Source: Octopus vulgaris | Lineage: Eukaryota | Direction: 5' to 3' | NCBI GenBank assembly: GCA_951406725.2 | Contig: OX597817.1 | Coordinates: 88,164,001 to 88,228,000, forward strand | Length of the DNA: 64,000 nucleotides | In this document: positions 39,175-52,439 of the stretch, one piece after another | How positions within the stretch are numbered: position 1 is the first letter of the stretch | Layout: every line of letters begins with the position of its first letter | The notes under the pieces: generated by a model | What the model was told of the DNA's origin: nothing | Databases searched by the model: none | The model's input: the letters and a program-made list of their open reading frames with translations, nothing else | Translations under genes and position numbers: made by a program

Positions 39175-40190
39175 TTATTTCTTTCGGTGATTAGATTGCG
39201 GCCACGCTGAAGCACCACCTAGAAAGGTTTTAGTCGAACACATTGACCTCAGCATCTTTTTTTAAAGTCTGGCATTTATTCTATCGGTCACAGTTGCCGA
39301 AATGCTAATTTACGGAGACGTAAACAAACCAAGGCTGGTGTCAAGCGATGAATGGTGACACATGCGCACGCACACATACATGCGCGCTCGCGTGTGTGTA
39401 CACGAGGGGCTTCCTGTCAGTTTACATCTACTAAAATCACGCTATAGGGATTGAACACGCCGTGGGATTGAACACGAAACCACGTCGTTTCAAAGCAAGT
39501 GTAGTGGATCTTGCATGCATGAAGTGAATTCGATCCACCATAGCCAAATTTAAATTAACACTGCAACAGAACTTTTTCCACGGTTTTTCTCTGACAGCAG
39601 TTTTACATTTTCCAGATGTCTTTAGCTAGGCCGAAATAATGTCTTCCCCACTTGACCCTTTCTAACCTCTTCTACTTCACCAAAAGCTAGAATAGCGATA
39701 ACAAGATCATCCAACTAAATCTATTGTTCTCGGTGATATGTCTACCCTTCTGGATAGTTATAAAAGCAACCACACCCCAAGCAAATATCAGTTAGTCACA
39801 TGGTGACGACTCAATGACAACGAAGTCTGGCTGACCAGCTACAACCTTGGTCAGAGGGGAAAATGAAGTTTACTGTCTGCAACTGTGAGACAACGTCCCA
39901 CACATCATTCTATCTCTCTCTGTATTTACTACTAAACAATGAAGAGGACACAAACACAAACTTTACTTCGCATGCTTTTAGATTTATCATAATCTGCTCG
40001 TCGAGGCAAGGTATTGTAACGTAACGGTAAATAAACATTTCCTTAAAACTTCATGCATTGTTCATCTTTCACTTCCTACGGTATGCAATCATAACAACAA
40101 AATTTTATCGTTACAACTGTTGACTCCGACATATTATTGTTTACTAATCAATTTCTCCCGTTACACAAGCTTCTTAACCACTCAGCCATG
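39175..40190 (-). mobile_element. Old SINE family B copy split by the LTR insertion
   Basis: SINE sequence at 39175-39499 resumes at 40166 (caagcttcttaaccactcagcc). Confidence 0.75.
39500..40165 (+). mobile_element. Solo-LTR-like element family X, 4-bp TSD CAAG
   Basis: caag|tgtagtgg ... ccgttaca|caag. Confidence 0.9.
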
Positions 40191-40814
40191 TGGATTATAT
40201 CTGTGAAGAGATTGTGAAGTGTGGTATAATCTGTGTTAAAAGGATTGGGGAGTGGACGGTTAAGGATCAGACGGAAGAGAGTGTGAAACAAAACGGAACC
40301 TCGGAGTACATGGGAATTTATCATTAGAGGCCGAAGAGAGGAAACCAGTGCACGCTTTGAAGCAAGTTGCTAAAACATGTTTCAATAATAAACCTTTAAA
40401 CATTTTGATTACATGATGTATCCGGGATCTGCAATACGAGGCTAATGCTTGGAATAAAGAGGTTACAGCTCTGACTACGCACCAGGATGCAAATAACCAC
40501 TAGCTTCACATTTCACATTAGCTATCGATGTTAATGTCGACCTCTTCTCAGTGACTGGATCACGGAATTACTCATGCTAATTATTTGATTGTTCTTACTT
40601 TTGTTCCTTTTAATTTAATAAAGAGAATTATAATTAAGATTTTCAAATAATGATAACATGATGACATACGTAGCCGGAAAACATCTTTCAAGTACATTAT
40701 TAAAAAAATAAAATCCACACAGTCTCTAAAGGTGATCGCATTATTGAAGTAATGAGCAAGCTTGCCTTTTAGTTCAACCAACCTAGAAAACAGAAAATGT
40801 AAGATAGAGGGAGA

Positions 40815-40922
40815 GAAGAAGAAGTAGAAGAAGAAGAAGAAGAAGAAGAAGAAGAAGAAGAAGAAGAAGAAGAAGAAGAAGAAGAAGAAGAAGAAGAAGA
40901 AGAAGAAGAAGAAGAAGAAGAA
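40815..40922. repeat. (GAA)n microsatellite
   Basis: Direct inspection. Confidence 0.95.
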
Positions 40923-41674
40923 TTGGGAGAAAGAGCTACAAAAAATTGATAATATTTTGTAAAAGAGGGCATATTAATCTGCTGAGTGGAACACTGGGAG
41001 AACTCATTCTAATTTTATTGTTCCGAAACCTGTATTTGAACTTGTATCTATGAAAGTTATAATTCCAGGTGTGACTTGACTGTTTGTGCTCACTTTCCAC
41101 CCTGAGACAAGTGGTTTCTGTTGATAGAACACAACAATCCAGTAGTTTACAGGGTATGGATAGTGTGTTGTTGCGTCGTTCATGCCTTCTTCAAGTAAAA
41201 TTATTTTCAGCCGAATACTTAAAACTCCAATCACAGTTCAACAAACAGAAGGAAAGGTAGGAGTGTAAGAAATGGATCCGTAATGAAAGCATCAATGGGA
41301 AATAATAATAAGTGTGTGTGTGTTTACGAAAGTATGCATGTAGCATCGATTTCAGGCGTTATTCTCCCCTTTTTGACCTCACATATTAGGATTCTCAACT
41401 TTATTTCTACAGAATCAAATTTCAAATTTTGCTTCTCAAAATGTAGCTTAGGAGGTGACCAATCTAAAAGTGTATAAACATCATCTAATTTGGTAAGAAA
41501 CTGAATTCGTGAGAAAGCCTAGAAGCGGTCACGAGTGAGTAAATGTTTACTTTAAGAATATTATTCACACACTACTGTGTGATATTTATTACAATGTAGT
41601 GGATTCTATGACTATGAGGTAGATCTTTGCAAGATACCTAAATACTGAACTGAATCAAACATTTTGCAATATTG

Positions 41675-41886
41675 GTTTTCAATTTTGGCAGAAGGACATC
41701 AAGTCCGGAGTGGAGGGAAGTTGATTACATCGACCTCAGCCCTCAGCTGATATTTATTTAATCGAGTACAGGAAAGATAAAAGGCAAAGACGATCTTGGC
41801 AGAATTTGAATTCAGAATGTAAAGACAGACGAAATGCCGCGAAGCTTTCACGCTGCATGTTAACGACTCTGCCAACTCGTCGTCTT
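41675..41886 (-). mobile_element. SINE family A, diverged
   Basis: gaatttgaattcagaatgtaaagacagacgaaatgccg. Confidence 0.75.
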
Positions 41887-42023
41887 AGTACTGTAGTAAG
41901 TAATAACATTACTTCAAAATTGTTTTACATACTTTTGGTACATTTAGCTTATATAATAACTTTTTTAATTTTGAAAACTTTTTGAAAAGACTAGCACCAC
42001 AGCACTCGTCTTGATGAGTTCTA

Positions 42024-42439
42024 GAATCTTTTCGGTTTGAACGGCAGTTTTTTCTAGCGGTGTCATATGAAATTGTCACCCATAATTATAACCCTAGAAT
42101 CGATCTATTGCATTTCAATCTCTTTTAGGGTTAGGGTTAGGGGTGGGGGAAGGGTGTCTTTTTTTCTTCACAAATGTGAATAAACCCAATCAGTTTCTTA
42201 AACGAGGGACATATTCATACGGCACAGAATGGTTTCACCTCAATAGACGGTCATTGATTGGTTGAAATTGCCGAAATGCAAGAAATTAAAGACCAAATAT
42301 CTTGCAAACTATAGAATTTTCTCAATAAAGCCAAGAGAAAAAGATGTTTTATAAACACATTCTACCAGTATACGAAGTTTAAAATTTTTTAGTTACCTAG
42401 AAATTACGTTAAAAACTGCTGTTCAAAACGAAAAGATCC
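42024..42439. mobile_element. Complete MITE with ~29-bp TIR, 8-bp TSD and internal TTAGGG repeats
   Basis: TIR gaatcttttcggtttgaacggcagttttt / aaaaactgctgttcaaaacgaaaagatcc; TSD gagttcta at 42016-42023 and 42440-42447. Confidence 0.92.
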
Positions 42440-43190
42440 GAGTTCTATAATATGAGCTAAGCAAAAACAAAATTTTTACACAAAACAAAAGTTTAGGGTT
42501 TGAATTTGCTTTTAGGCATTATCACTGTTTTCGGCACAAGTGGCCCCAGTAGCTTTTTTATTAAAAAATTTTTTTTTGTTATATATATAATTAGCATGAT
42601 GGGATTCCTCTAGTCGAGAACTATCAGAAAAGTTAAATTTAAATATAGTTTTTTTTTGTTTGTTTTTTTTTTTTGAAAGAAGAAGAATATTTGGAGTTCA
42701 AAGTCGATTTCAGGCGTTAATCTCCTTTTCTTTTTTCATCGGTTTTTACCTCAGTAGTCTTTTTCTACTGAATTGTTTTGCATATAACTAGCACGGATAG
42801 ATTCTAGTCGTCGAGATCTATCATATAAGCTAATACAAAATATAGAATTAATTAAAAAGAATAAATATTTGGACTCAAAGTCGATTCCAGGCGTTATTCT
42901 CCCGTTTGTGACCTTACATATTCCACTCAAACTTTTTTCTGCTGAAGCAATTTTCAAATTGTTTAGCTTGAAATGTAGTTTATGATGCGACCAATCAAAA
43001 AACGTAAACATAATCTAATTTGGTTTAAAATTGAGTTAGTGACAAAGCCTAGAAGTTGTCGTGTGTGAGTAAATATTGACTTTAAGAATATTATTTACAC
43101 ACTACCGTGTGTGAATGATGTTTTTTAAGAAAAATTAGTACCACGACACTTGTCTTGATGAGTTCTATCATATGATGTAATAAAAACAAT

Positions 43191-43369
43191 TAGGCGCAGG
43201 AGTGGCTGTGTGGTAAGTAGCTTGCTTACCAACCACATGGTTCCGGGTTCAGTCCCACTGCGTGGCGCCTTGGGCAAGTGTCTTCTACTATAGCCTCGGA
43301 CCGATCAAAGCCTTGTGAGAATATTTGGTAGACGGAAACTGAAAGAAGCCCGTCGTGTATATGTATGTA

Positions 43370-43424
<55 letters not shown>

Positions 43425-43630
43425 TTGTGTGTCTGTGTTTGTCTCCTAACATCGCTTGACAACCGATGCTGGTGTGTTTACGTCCCCGTAACTTAGCGGT
43501 TCGGCAAAAGCGACCGATAGAATAAGTACTAGGCTTACAAAGAATAAGTTTTGGAGTCGATTTCTTCGACTAAAGGCGATGCTCTAGCATGGCCGCACTC
43601 AAATGACAAACAAGTAAAAGAGTAAAAGAG
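43191..43630 (+). mobile_element. SINE family B, full length
   Basis: taggcgcaggagtggctgtgtggtaag head through gtaaaagagtaaaagag tail. Confidence 0.92.
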
Positions 43631-43892
43631 GTTTTGAATTTGATTTTAGGCGTTACCACTTTTTCGACACATTTAGCCCCAGTAATTTTTTATCATAAAA
43701 TTAATTTTTTTATATGATTGGCATCATCAGATTCCTCTAGAGGAGTTCCATTAGAAATGCTGAATTTAAATATAGTTCCTTCAGAAATAAGAATAATATT
43801 TGGAGTCAAAAATCAATTTCAGGCGTTAATCTCCATTTTTTTCTCGGCGGTTTTTACCTCAGTACTTTTTTCTACTGAATATTATTCTACTG

Positions 43893-44003
<111 letters not shown>

Positions 44004-45819
44004 TGTATGTATGTATGTATGTATGTATGTATGTATGTATGTGTGTGTGTGCATGTGTGTATGTATATACATATACATACAGACGTGCATGGCATTGTGG
44101 TTTTGGGTGTTACACACGCGAGCGAGATTGTGGTTTCAATTCCTAGATCAGGTGGTGTGTTGAGTCCTTGAGTAAAACACTTCATGTCATGATGCTCTTC
44201 GACACCTGATGCGTGCCTCACCGTTCACCTGTTCAGCCAACGTCGATTTGATGGAGTGAGCTGAGGTACAGCACATACATTTGATCACTATATGCAAATC
44301 ATTCGTGCATGCCGTTCAGCAAAAGCTAAACACTCATTGCATTGTTTTCGACGGGAGAGTCTATCTTATATATTTATATATATATATATATATAAATATA
44401 TATATGTGTGTGTGTGTGTGTGTGTAATATATAAATATATGCATATATACAAATATGTACATACCTACATATATATGTATATATACATGTATATATGGAT
44501 ACAGGACATCAAAAAACGTTGAACACAATGAGAAACGAAAACATAAAAGCAACTGATTCACAGGCCTCACCTCTTGCTAGGTAGATGACCACCGACACTC
44601 GAGCAGACAGCTTCGGACTTTTGTGAAATCCGAAATTGTTCTACAAGTAGCTTTAACAGGTGCGGCGCGGTGTTTCTCTCGACAGTTATAGATATTTTAT
44701 CTTGTAAATAGCCAACGCCAACCATATCATATCTGGTAATAAATATTAAAGTTAGAGGTCGTGAGTTTACTTCAGTTGTTCAACATGCAACTTTCTCCCA
44801 CAAAAGAAAAGTCTAGCAACGATACTATCTCCACGGTGCGAGCAGCCAAACCACGATAATGGTTTATAATCTACTTCAACATTATATTTTTTTAAAAATG
44901 GTAGCGAGTTTATCCTCAAACTTGCGCACGTCCAAACCAAACTGGTTTTTAAAATTATTCTCTTCCCGAACTCTCGGCAGGGAAGCACTCGCCTTTAACT
45001 TCCCATGAATATCAATTTTGGGTTAACACATAGTGTTACATGTATTGTCGTTAAATTATTACTCTCCACTGAGAGATGTCTAGTCACTGAATTATTAATA
45101 AAAATTATCGAGTAACACAAGTTGTGTTACCTAAGATGATTTCATCCACCGCGTTTACTGTGTACAATAGTGATGATGTTGGTTAAGGAGTAATATAAAT
45201 AAAACCAGAAAAGAAAAACGACAAATAACATGATAAACGAATACTATTAGCAGTAAACGACAATATAACCGCAAGCACAACAACAAGAATAACAGCGACA
45301 GACAAAGACGGTAGGACTGAATTATAACTATTGATGTAATCATCTTGGATGAGTTATATTACATTAACACTGTGTGCACACACAGACTAAACTTGATACT
45401 AACACACGTTTGAAACCCACCTTCCTATCTCATACTCTGGATCATATTTAGAATTCAGCAAAAGCGGCCGAAATAATCGACCAGTAAAGAAATTTAATCT
45501 TTAACCAATCTAGCGACAGCAGATACAGGATGTAAACTATTGGAGAGTGGTAATAAAAATGTATAAATGCTTCTCTGATTGAATGGAAAGTAAGGAAGGT
45601 ACTTTATTTTATCGACTCCGGTGGGAGTGATGTAGTAAGGATTTGCTTCAAGTCAGGATTTAGGAGTCACTCATTGATGGCACAACGTTGAGTCACGTTA
45701 AACTTAATTTACACATAATTCTCTCTTTTCTGGGTCTGTTTCCTCTCTCTTTCTCATTTACAAAATAAAATATTTCTTCATTCTCTGTTAATCTTTTCAA
45801 AACAGCAACTGCACACGCG

Positions 45820-45910
<91 letters not shown>

Positions 45911-45959
45911 GTATGTATATGTGTGTATATCTGTGTGTATGTATATAATAATAATAATG

Positions 45960-45998
<39 letters not shown>

Positions 45999-47568
45999 GA
46001 AACCACCAAGCAAAAAAGGTATGTGCTAAAGCTGCCCATATAGCAAGGTATGACAAGCACGTTGGGTTCTTAGCGAAAGTACCAGTTACAGGTGCTATCA
46101 AAAGAAGAAGTGCAGGAATTTTGGAATAAAATTTGGGCAGAAGAAAAAAACATACAATGAAAAGGCCCCCTTGGATTGATAGAAATAGACTTAGACTCCT
46201 TAGAAGAGCAAAAATGGGAGGGTATCAAAGTAGAGGATGTTAGATCTACTCTCAGGAAATCAAGCAATTGGAAGTCTCTAGGAAAGGATAAAATTCCTAA
46301 CTTCTGGTTGAATGTCTTCCCAGAGAGCCATGAACTGCTAACAAAACTTTACAAAAATGTTTTGAACAACCTAGTATGATTCCCTCTTGGCTAGTTAATG
46401 GTGTAACATTCCTACTTCCAAAAAATGAAGAAACAAATGAACCAAAAAATTATAGACCCATTACCTGCTTAAGAACAATGTATAAAATGCTAACAACTCA
46501 CTTGACTGAATATACCTATAGTTTTTAAATATTCCCTAATGAGCAAAAAGAATGTAAACGTGGGTCTTACGATTGTAAAGATCAGCTACTCATCAATAAG
46601 ATGATCTTGGAAGATTGTCACAAACGACACAAAAACTTGTCGATAGCCTGGATAGACTATAGAAATGCTTTTGATAGTCTACCACATAGGTGGATTAAGA
46701 AATGTCTGGAAATGTATAAAATTGCACCTACTCTGCGAAACTTCTTGTTTGTAAGTATGAAATCATGAAGAACCACACTGACTTTGAACAGTGACAACGG
46801 ATTTCTTAATGCTGGAGAGGTAAGAATTTCCTGTAGCATTTTCCAGGGTGACTCTCTGTCACCACTCCTCTTTTGTCTAGCCTTAATACCTCTCTGGAAA
46901 TTGCTCAATGATGTACAATACGGTTATAAAATGTTCGATAAAAATATAAACCATCTCATTTACATGGATGATTTAAAGCTCTTTGCAAACAATAACCAAC
47001 AACTACAGGGCCTACTAGCGATTGTTAAACAATTCAGTGATGGCATCAGGATGCAATTTGGCCTCGATAAATGTGCAAAAGCTACCTTTATCAAAGGAAA
47101 AATGACAGAAACATCCAATGTTAATCTTGAACAGCAGAATGGCATAAAGAAATTAGAACCAGCAGAGAGCTACAAATACCTAGGGGTATTTGAAGGGGGC
47201 AGAATCAAATATTCAGTGATGAGGGAAAGGATCAGAAGAGTATGTTATCGCTGGGTAAGGGAAATACTCAAGGCAGAACTGAATGCAGGAAACAGGATCG
47301 AAGCGATCAATACTTAATCATATCAGTCATGACTTACAGTTACAATATCATTAACTGGTCAATTACTGAAATAAGTAATCTTGACAGGAAAATACAAAAA
47401 TTGTTGACAATGCATAGAATGCACTACTCTATGGCAGATATAGATCGACTTTATCTGCCAAGAAAAGAGGGTGGCCGTGAACTTTTACAACTGGAATGAA
47501 GATTGCTACAATTGGCTTAGACACTTACCTGAAAAACTCTGATGACTGGATGTTAAAACTTGTCTTAA
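45999..47568 (+). mobile_element. R4/Dong-like LINE reverse-transcriptase region, pseudogenised, starting in (TAA)n
   Basis: NWKSLGKDKIPNFWL; NYRPITCL; [13 protein letters not shown]; IFQGDSLSPLLFCLAL; HLIYMDDLKLF; GLDKC; YKYLGV; DRLYLPRKEGGR. Confidence 0.95.
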
Positions 47569-47819
47569 ACAACCCTTATTCAGGGATATTTTGAGCGGGA
47601 TGGGCTACTCAACCTGAAGAAAATTCTAACTGGGCTCCACCTGCAAGGTCTTGCGCTGTTTATCTTGATATGAGATCACCATGTCGCACACATATGGTTG
47701 TGATACATGTGCCTGGCGTACCCTTATCAGACTGATAGTCGTGATGGGTTTACTGGGCTTCGTATATTTTAGCCCAGTGTCACTTTGATGACATGCACTG
47801 CTCTCTCACTCACTCAATG

Positions 47820-47882
<63 letters not shown>

Positions 47883-48462
47883 CCCTGATGCAGTACCAGG
47901 ATGCCCTGATGCAGTACCAGGATATGCCCTGATGCAGTACCAGGCAGTGGCTCTCATGGCTTCTGATCTTAACTGATTGAAAGTGTTATCATGTACATTC
48001 TTTTGTCTTGGTATAAAAGATGGGCTACAGCAAATATTCTGCTCAATACCACAGATTTGCTTGTCAGTTGTTTGACCGTAACCAGTTGAGCATGTCCCTT
48101 AGTGGCTGACGATATGTGCATCTCTGATCACGAGCAGAAGTAGTGGGGGAGCATCATAGCCATGTGTTGAGAGGGATTTGGGGTTTGAATAATTCACCTT
48201 TGGAAACATGGGTGTTTCGTTCAACATCCTTAAACAACCCTTATTCAGGGACCTTTTGAGCGGGATGGGCTACTCGACCAGAACAAAATTCTAACTGGGC
48301 CCCACTTGCAAGGTCATGTGCTGTTTATCTTGATATGAGATCACCATGTTGCGCACATATGGTTGTGATGCATGTGCCTAGTGTACCCTTATCAGGCGGG
48401 TAGTCATGATGGGTATACTGGGCTTCGTATATTTTACCCCAGTGTCATTTTGATGGCATGCA
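47565..48462 (+). mobile_element. Non-coding interspersed element ending in (TAA)n: 3' part 47565-47820, full copy ~47925-48462, triplicated 20-bp head from 47881
   Basis: aaacaacccttattcaggg..gatg.catgca shared by both copies; fragment also at ~59263-59298. Confidence 0.75.
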
Positions 48463-48463
48463 A

Positions 48464-48526
<63 letters not shown>

Positions 48527-49015
48527 CCTTTCACAAGGCCTGAAATTTTGTAGGAGAGGTTAGTTGATTGCATTGAGTCAAGTGCTACACTGATACTTAT
48601 TTCATCGACCACGAAATGATGAGAAGCAAAGTCGATCTCGGTGGCATTTGTACTCAGAACGTAGAGCCGGAAGAAATGCCGACTTCACAGGGGAACGACA
48701 AAGGAATATACGAAAAAAATAATAAAGACGAAACAAAAAACAAAAGAGGAAAAGCATATGCTCAGTCCCTCATCATGTATCAGCTAATTATCACCAGAAT
48801 TTCGGCACCTACAATAATATCACTCAATTTGGCGGTGTCAAACAGCTTAAGCTGCTGAAATAATAATGAGCAACGAAAATGAACAGAAAAGATGGGACAA
48901 GTACAATAACAAGAAAAAAAGTCTCTAGACCGGACGATAAATAAAGATGTGTTATGATGAGGACGGGAAAATTATATATTAACACATTCGCCGCCGGCGC
49001 GCGCACGCACACACA

Positions 49016-49114
<99 letters not shown>

Positions 49115-49289
49115 ATTCGAAATTCCGATGAAGTTATAGGGTGATACTCTCAAGCATTCAGCAATGAGTGCATTGCATCCTATAGCAGAAATAGCTCTAA
49201 GCTAAAGATGTTCATGACATGGTTGTTTATTTCTTTGTCATTCTAATTTCTTATGTGTGTGTGTATATCTATATATATATATATATATA

Positions 49290-49364
49290 TCCTTTTCGTG
49301 AGCGATTAATGATGTGTTTCTTAATTGCGCGTCTAGTTCCTGGGAGCGACACACACACACACAT

Positions 49365-49448
<84 letters not shown>

Positions 49449-49559
49449 CGCTATTCCGTACGGGAAAGAATATGCTCACAGCGTGACTGTCCTTTCACCC
49501 ACTTCCCAAGAATTAGACACGCAACTGAGAAACTCATTATTAACCGCTCACGAATAGGA
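49290..49559. mobile_element. MITE-like element with ~56-bp imperfect TIRs around (CA)n
   Basis: tccttttcgtgagcgattaatgatg..tgggag / ttcccaag..cattattaaccgctcacgaatagga. Confidence 0.7.
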
Positions 49560-49649
49560 CACGATTACGTATCCTCTGCCAAATCTGTCCTCTTTCCTAA
49601 TAATGGCACAATACCTAACCATTACGGTTAGTAACATCATTCCTTGCTA

Positions 49650-50560
49650 CGGTTAATGCTGGTCTGTTCTCAAATCAGGAAACGAAAATACATTCGAAGT
49701 GATCAAAAGCACCAATCGTAATCACATCAAGTTGTACAAGCACAACAGATGCTAGCTAGTCTCTAACCAAGAGAAACGTTTTTTTTTTTCTTCAGCTGCG
49801 CTGAATCTGACCGAAGAAACCCAGAAAATCATTCTCACTATAGCACACTAACCTCTACTGTCACATCAGTGCATTAAGAACTACTAACATTGTCCCTACA
49901 CAACAACGAGGGCAATTCACAGTCCGTGAAGCAACCCACACCAAAAAAAACCACAAAAAATACCGTTGCTTCAGCAATGACTATCCCATTAAATACCGAA
50001 GAGATCAACCCATCTACCAATGTGCAAAATTGGAAATGTCCATACATTGAAGTCTGGCTCGCCGATCAACTACTCTTAATCCTTTTCTTCATTCTGAGAC
50101 CTACCTCAACAGCTTTCTCGTAGACGCTGGAGATTTTACCACCATTCAAGTGTATCACGCAGGCCGAAGAAAGACAGGTATTGCTGTTTACCTCCATGAT
50201 TCCATTACCGCCAATGTAAAGGACGTATTTTCCAAAGGCTATTATGAATAACTGTCCATACACAACAAAGTCAATGACTTGTCAATAATCTGACTCAGTA
50301 GGTCTCTTTAATCGTTTCACTCTACTTCCAAAAGTGCCCTTAGAAAGTTAAACTTTTCACTCAACAAAGTAACTCTGGTAACACATTAGTGATGAGCGAC
50401 TTCAATCTTCTCGTTGCTGATTAGTTTTTTAATATGCTGACACCAAGAATTTGCATCTCAGTCTCAGACAAAACAACCGTAGAGATACATTTCCAGCTTA
50501 TGAATGACTTTGTTTTTCTTATCCTAACTTGTACTCGAGCCAAGAATACAGAACATAAAG
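49650..50560 (+). mobile_element. CR1/L2-group LINE apurinic endonuclease relic
   Basis: SETYLNSFLVDA; GIAVYLHD; FSKGYYE; LVMSDFNL (cf. GDFN). Confidence 0.55.
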
Positions 50561-50722
50561 TTCTTTGAATCTAAAGTTGAGCAACCGTGATAGCACTATT
50601 CACAATATCACAGACCAAAAAATCCTTCTGTCTCTCTATGTCATGGTGCTCGGTAATCTCATTCTCAACATCCAAAAAATAAACACATGATCCCAGCGCA
50701 TCTATTTGATAATATAGACCTA

Positions 50723-52208
50723 CACTGGCCAAAATAAGTTTAAGACCGATGATGACAGTTCTATTCCTTCATTAATATATTTTAAACAAAACTGTATAAA
50801 ATTATTTTACTTTTTATAGTTTATGTAGAATTCTTTTTTCTTTCGAATGATATAGGCGTTATGTATCTTTCTACAATTTGAATAATTTAACGCGCAATTG
50901 ATTCAAATTAAGTAAAAATTGTCGGCGAAATAAGTTTAAGACCGTACCAACATTATTTTGTCTGAATTGAAAATTTACGACGCAAATGATCAACGAACAA
51001 AAATTTATGAGTAGTATCTAATTCCATAGCCATTATTTTCAATTACGACCTTGCAACGGCGAGACATGGAGTTCAACAAATAAGCACAAAAATCACTTGG
51101 AATGTTCTGCCATATTTCTTCAATAAAATTATATAATTGGGACAAATTAGTTGTTTTTTTTAGAAACATAATTCTATAAATTCTCTATCGGATTCAAATC
51201 CGGGCTCTGCGGAGGTCACTCAATAAGCACCATATCATTGTGCTCAAAATATCGCAAAACTTTCCTAGCCTTATGAACGAGGCAATTTTCCTGCTGCAAA
51301 ATAGATCCCGGTGACATCTGATTATTTAAATATGGCAGCACATTTTCATTTACTAATTGCAGACAGTCTACACTGTTCAGTCTGCCACAAACCTTAACAA
51401 TTGAACCAACACATAAGCTACTGAACGCGACCCACACCATTACCCCATACCCCACCTTCCGCTTGCACCGTTTTCGTGACACAGGATTGAATTCTTCACT
51501 TGGACGGCGTCTAACACAAGTTTTCCGTCTGATCCAAAGATGCAAAAGTGGGATTCGTCGCTCCAAAGAACTTCTGACCAGTCTTCAATATGGCTTTTAG
51601 CAAACTTGATCCGCATCCGCCGGTTCGTCTCAGAAATTACCGGCTTCTTTCGAGCGATCCGGCCAAACAACTGAAGAATTGGCCGATCCATCTGTACTGT
51701 TGTTTTTCTCGGAGCGTCCGTTCTTTGCCGAACTTTGTATTGGCCGGTGGCTTGGTAAAGCTTCCACGCCTGAACACAAGCCGTTTTGCTGCATCCTAAT
51801 TGTTTGCTAATGTTCATGAAGGATACATTTTGCTGAAGCAACACGATCTCTGATCTAGTAACTGGGCTGATGTTACGACGCTTTCCCATAGCAAATTAAC
51901 ATGTAACAATGCTCGATTATTAAACAAAACAGTGCAATACGACCAGCCATATGACCACCCATTTGGTTTATTGATTTGCATAATCTTGGTACGGTCTTAA
52001 TCTTATTTTGCCGATAATTTTTAATCATTTGAATTAATTGCGCGTTAAAATTATTCGAATTGTAGAAAGATATATAACGCCTATATCATTCGAAAGAGAA
52101 AAAGTTCTACATAAACTGTAAACAGTAAAATAATTTTATATAGTTTTGTTAAAAATCTGTTAATGAAAGTATAAAACTGTCATCGGTTTTAACTTATTTT
52201 GGCCAGTG
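50723..52208 (-). mobile_element. Full-length Tc1-family (DD34E) transposon with ~228-bp IR/DR-type TIRs and TA TSD
   Basis: ta|cactggccaaaataag ... cttattttggccagtg|ta; aaataagtttaagaccg repeated at both ends of each TIR. Confidence 0.95.
51005..51889 (-). pseudogene. Tc1 transposase, frameshifted with a stop
   Basis: MGKRRNIS..; WSEVLWSDES; VMVWVAFS; LQQENCLVH; *PPQSPDLNPIEN, 34-residue spacing. Confidence 0.92.
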
Positions 52209-52364
52209 TAGATAAAAAGGAATGGAGTGCGATTATACAGAACCTATCACTTGTGAACTTCCTTCAATATCAAAGTATCTTGACAGCTGTTTGAGGATAC
52301 AGTTATAGTGGCATGTATGAAAACCACTCAGTACCACGACCCTTAAACAAAAATAGATATAGGC

Positions 52365-52424
<60 letters not shown>

Positions 52425-52439
52425 CAAATTTTACCAATT

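Larger units (their letters stand above)
41346..43880. repeat. Divergent tandem duplication (A ~41346-42775; B ~42880-43880) with copy-specific insertions
   Basis: Collinear anchors: caggcgttattctccc, atctaatttggt, aaagcctagaag, actttaagaatattatt, gtcttgatgagttcta, gattcctctag, ggtttttacctcagta. Confidence 0.85.

Noticed and set aside
41004-41234. 76-aa ORF as a host exon
   Set aside because: No family recognised in any frame examined; possibly a decayed LINE endonuclease, too weak to call.
43191-43265. tRNA gene-like A/B boxes (also at other SINE heads)
   Set aside because: No complete cloverleaf; they continue into SINE bodies.
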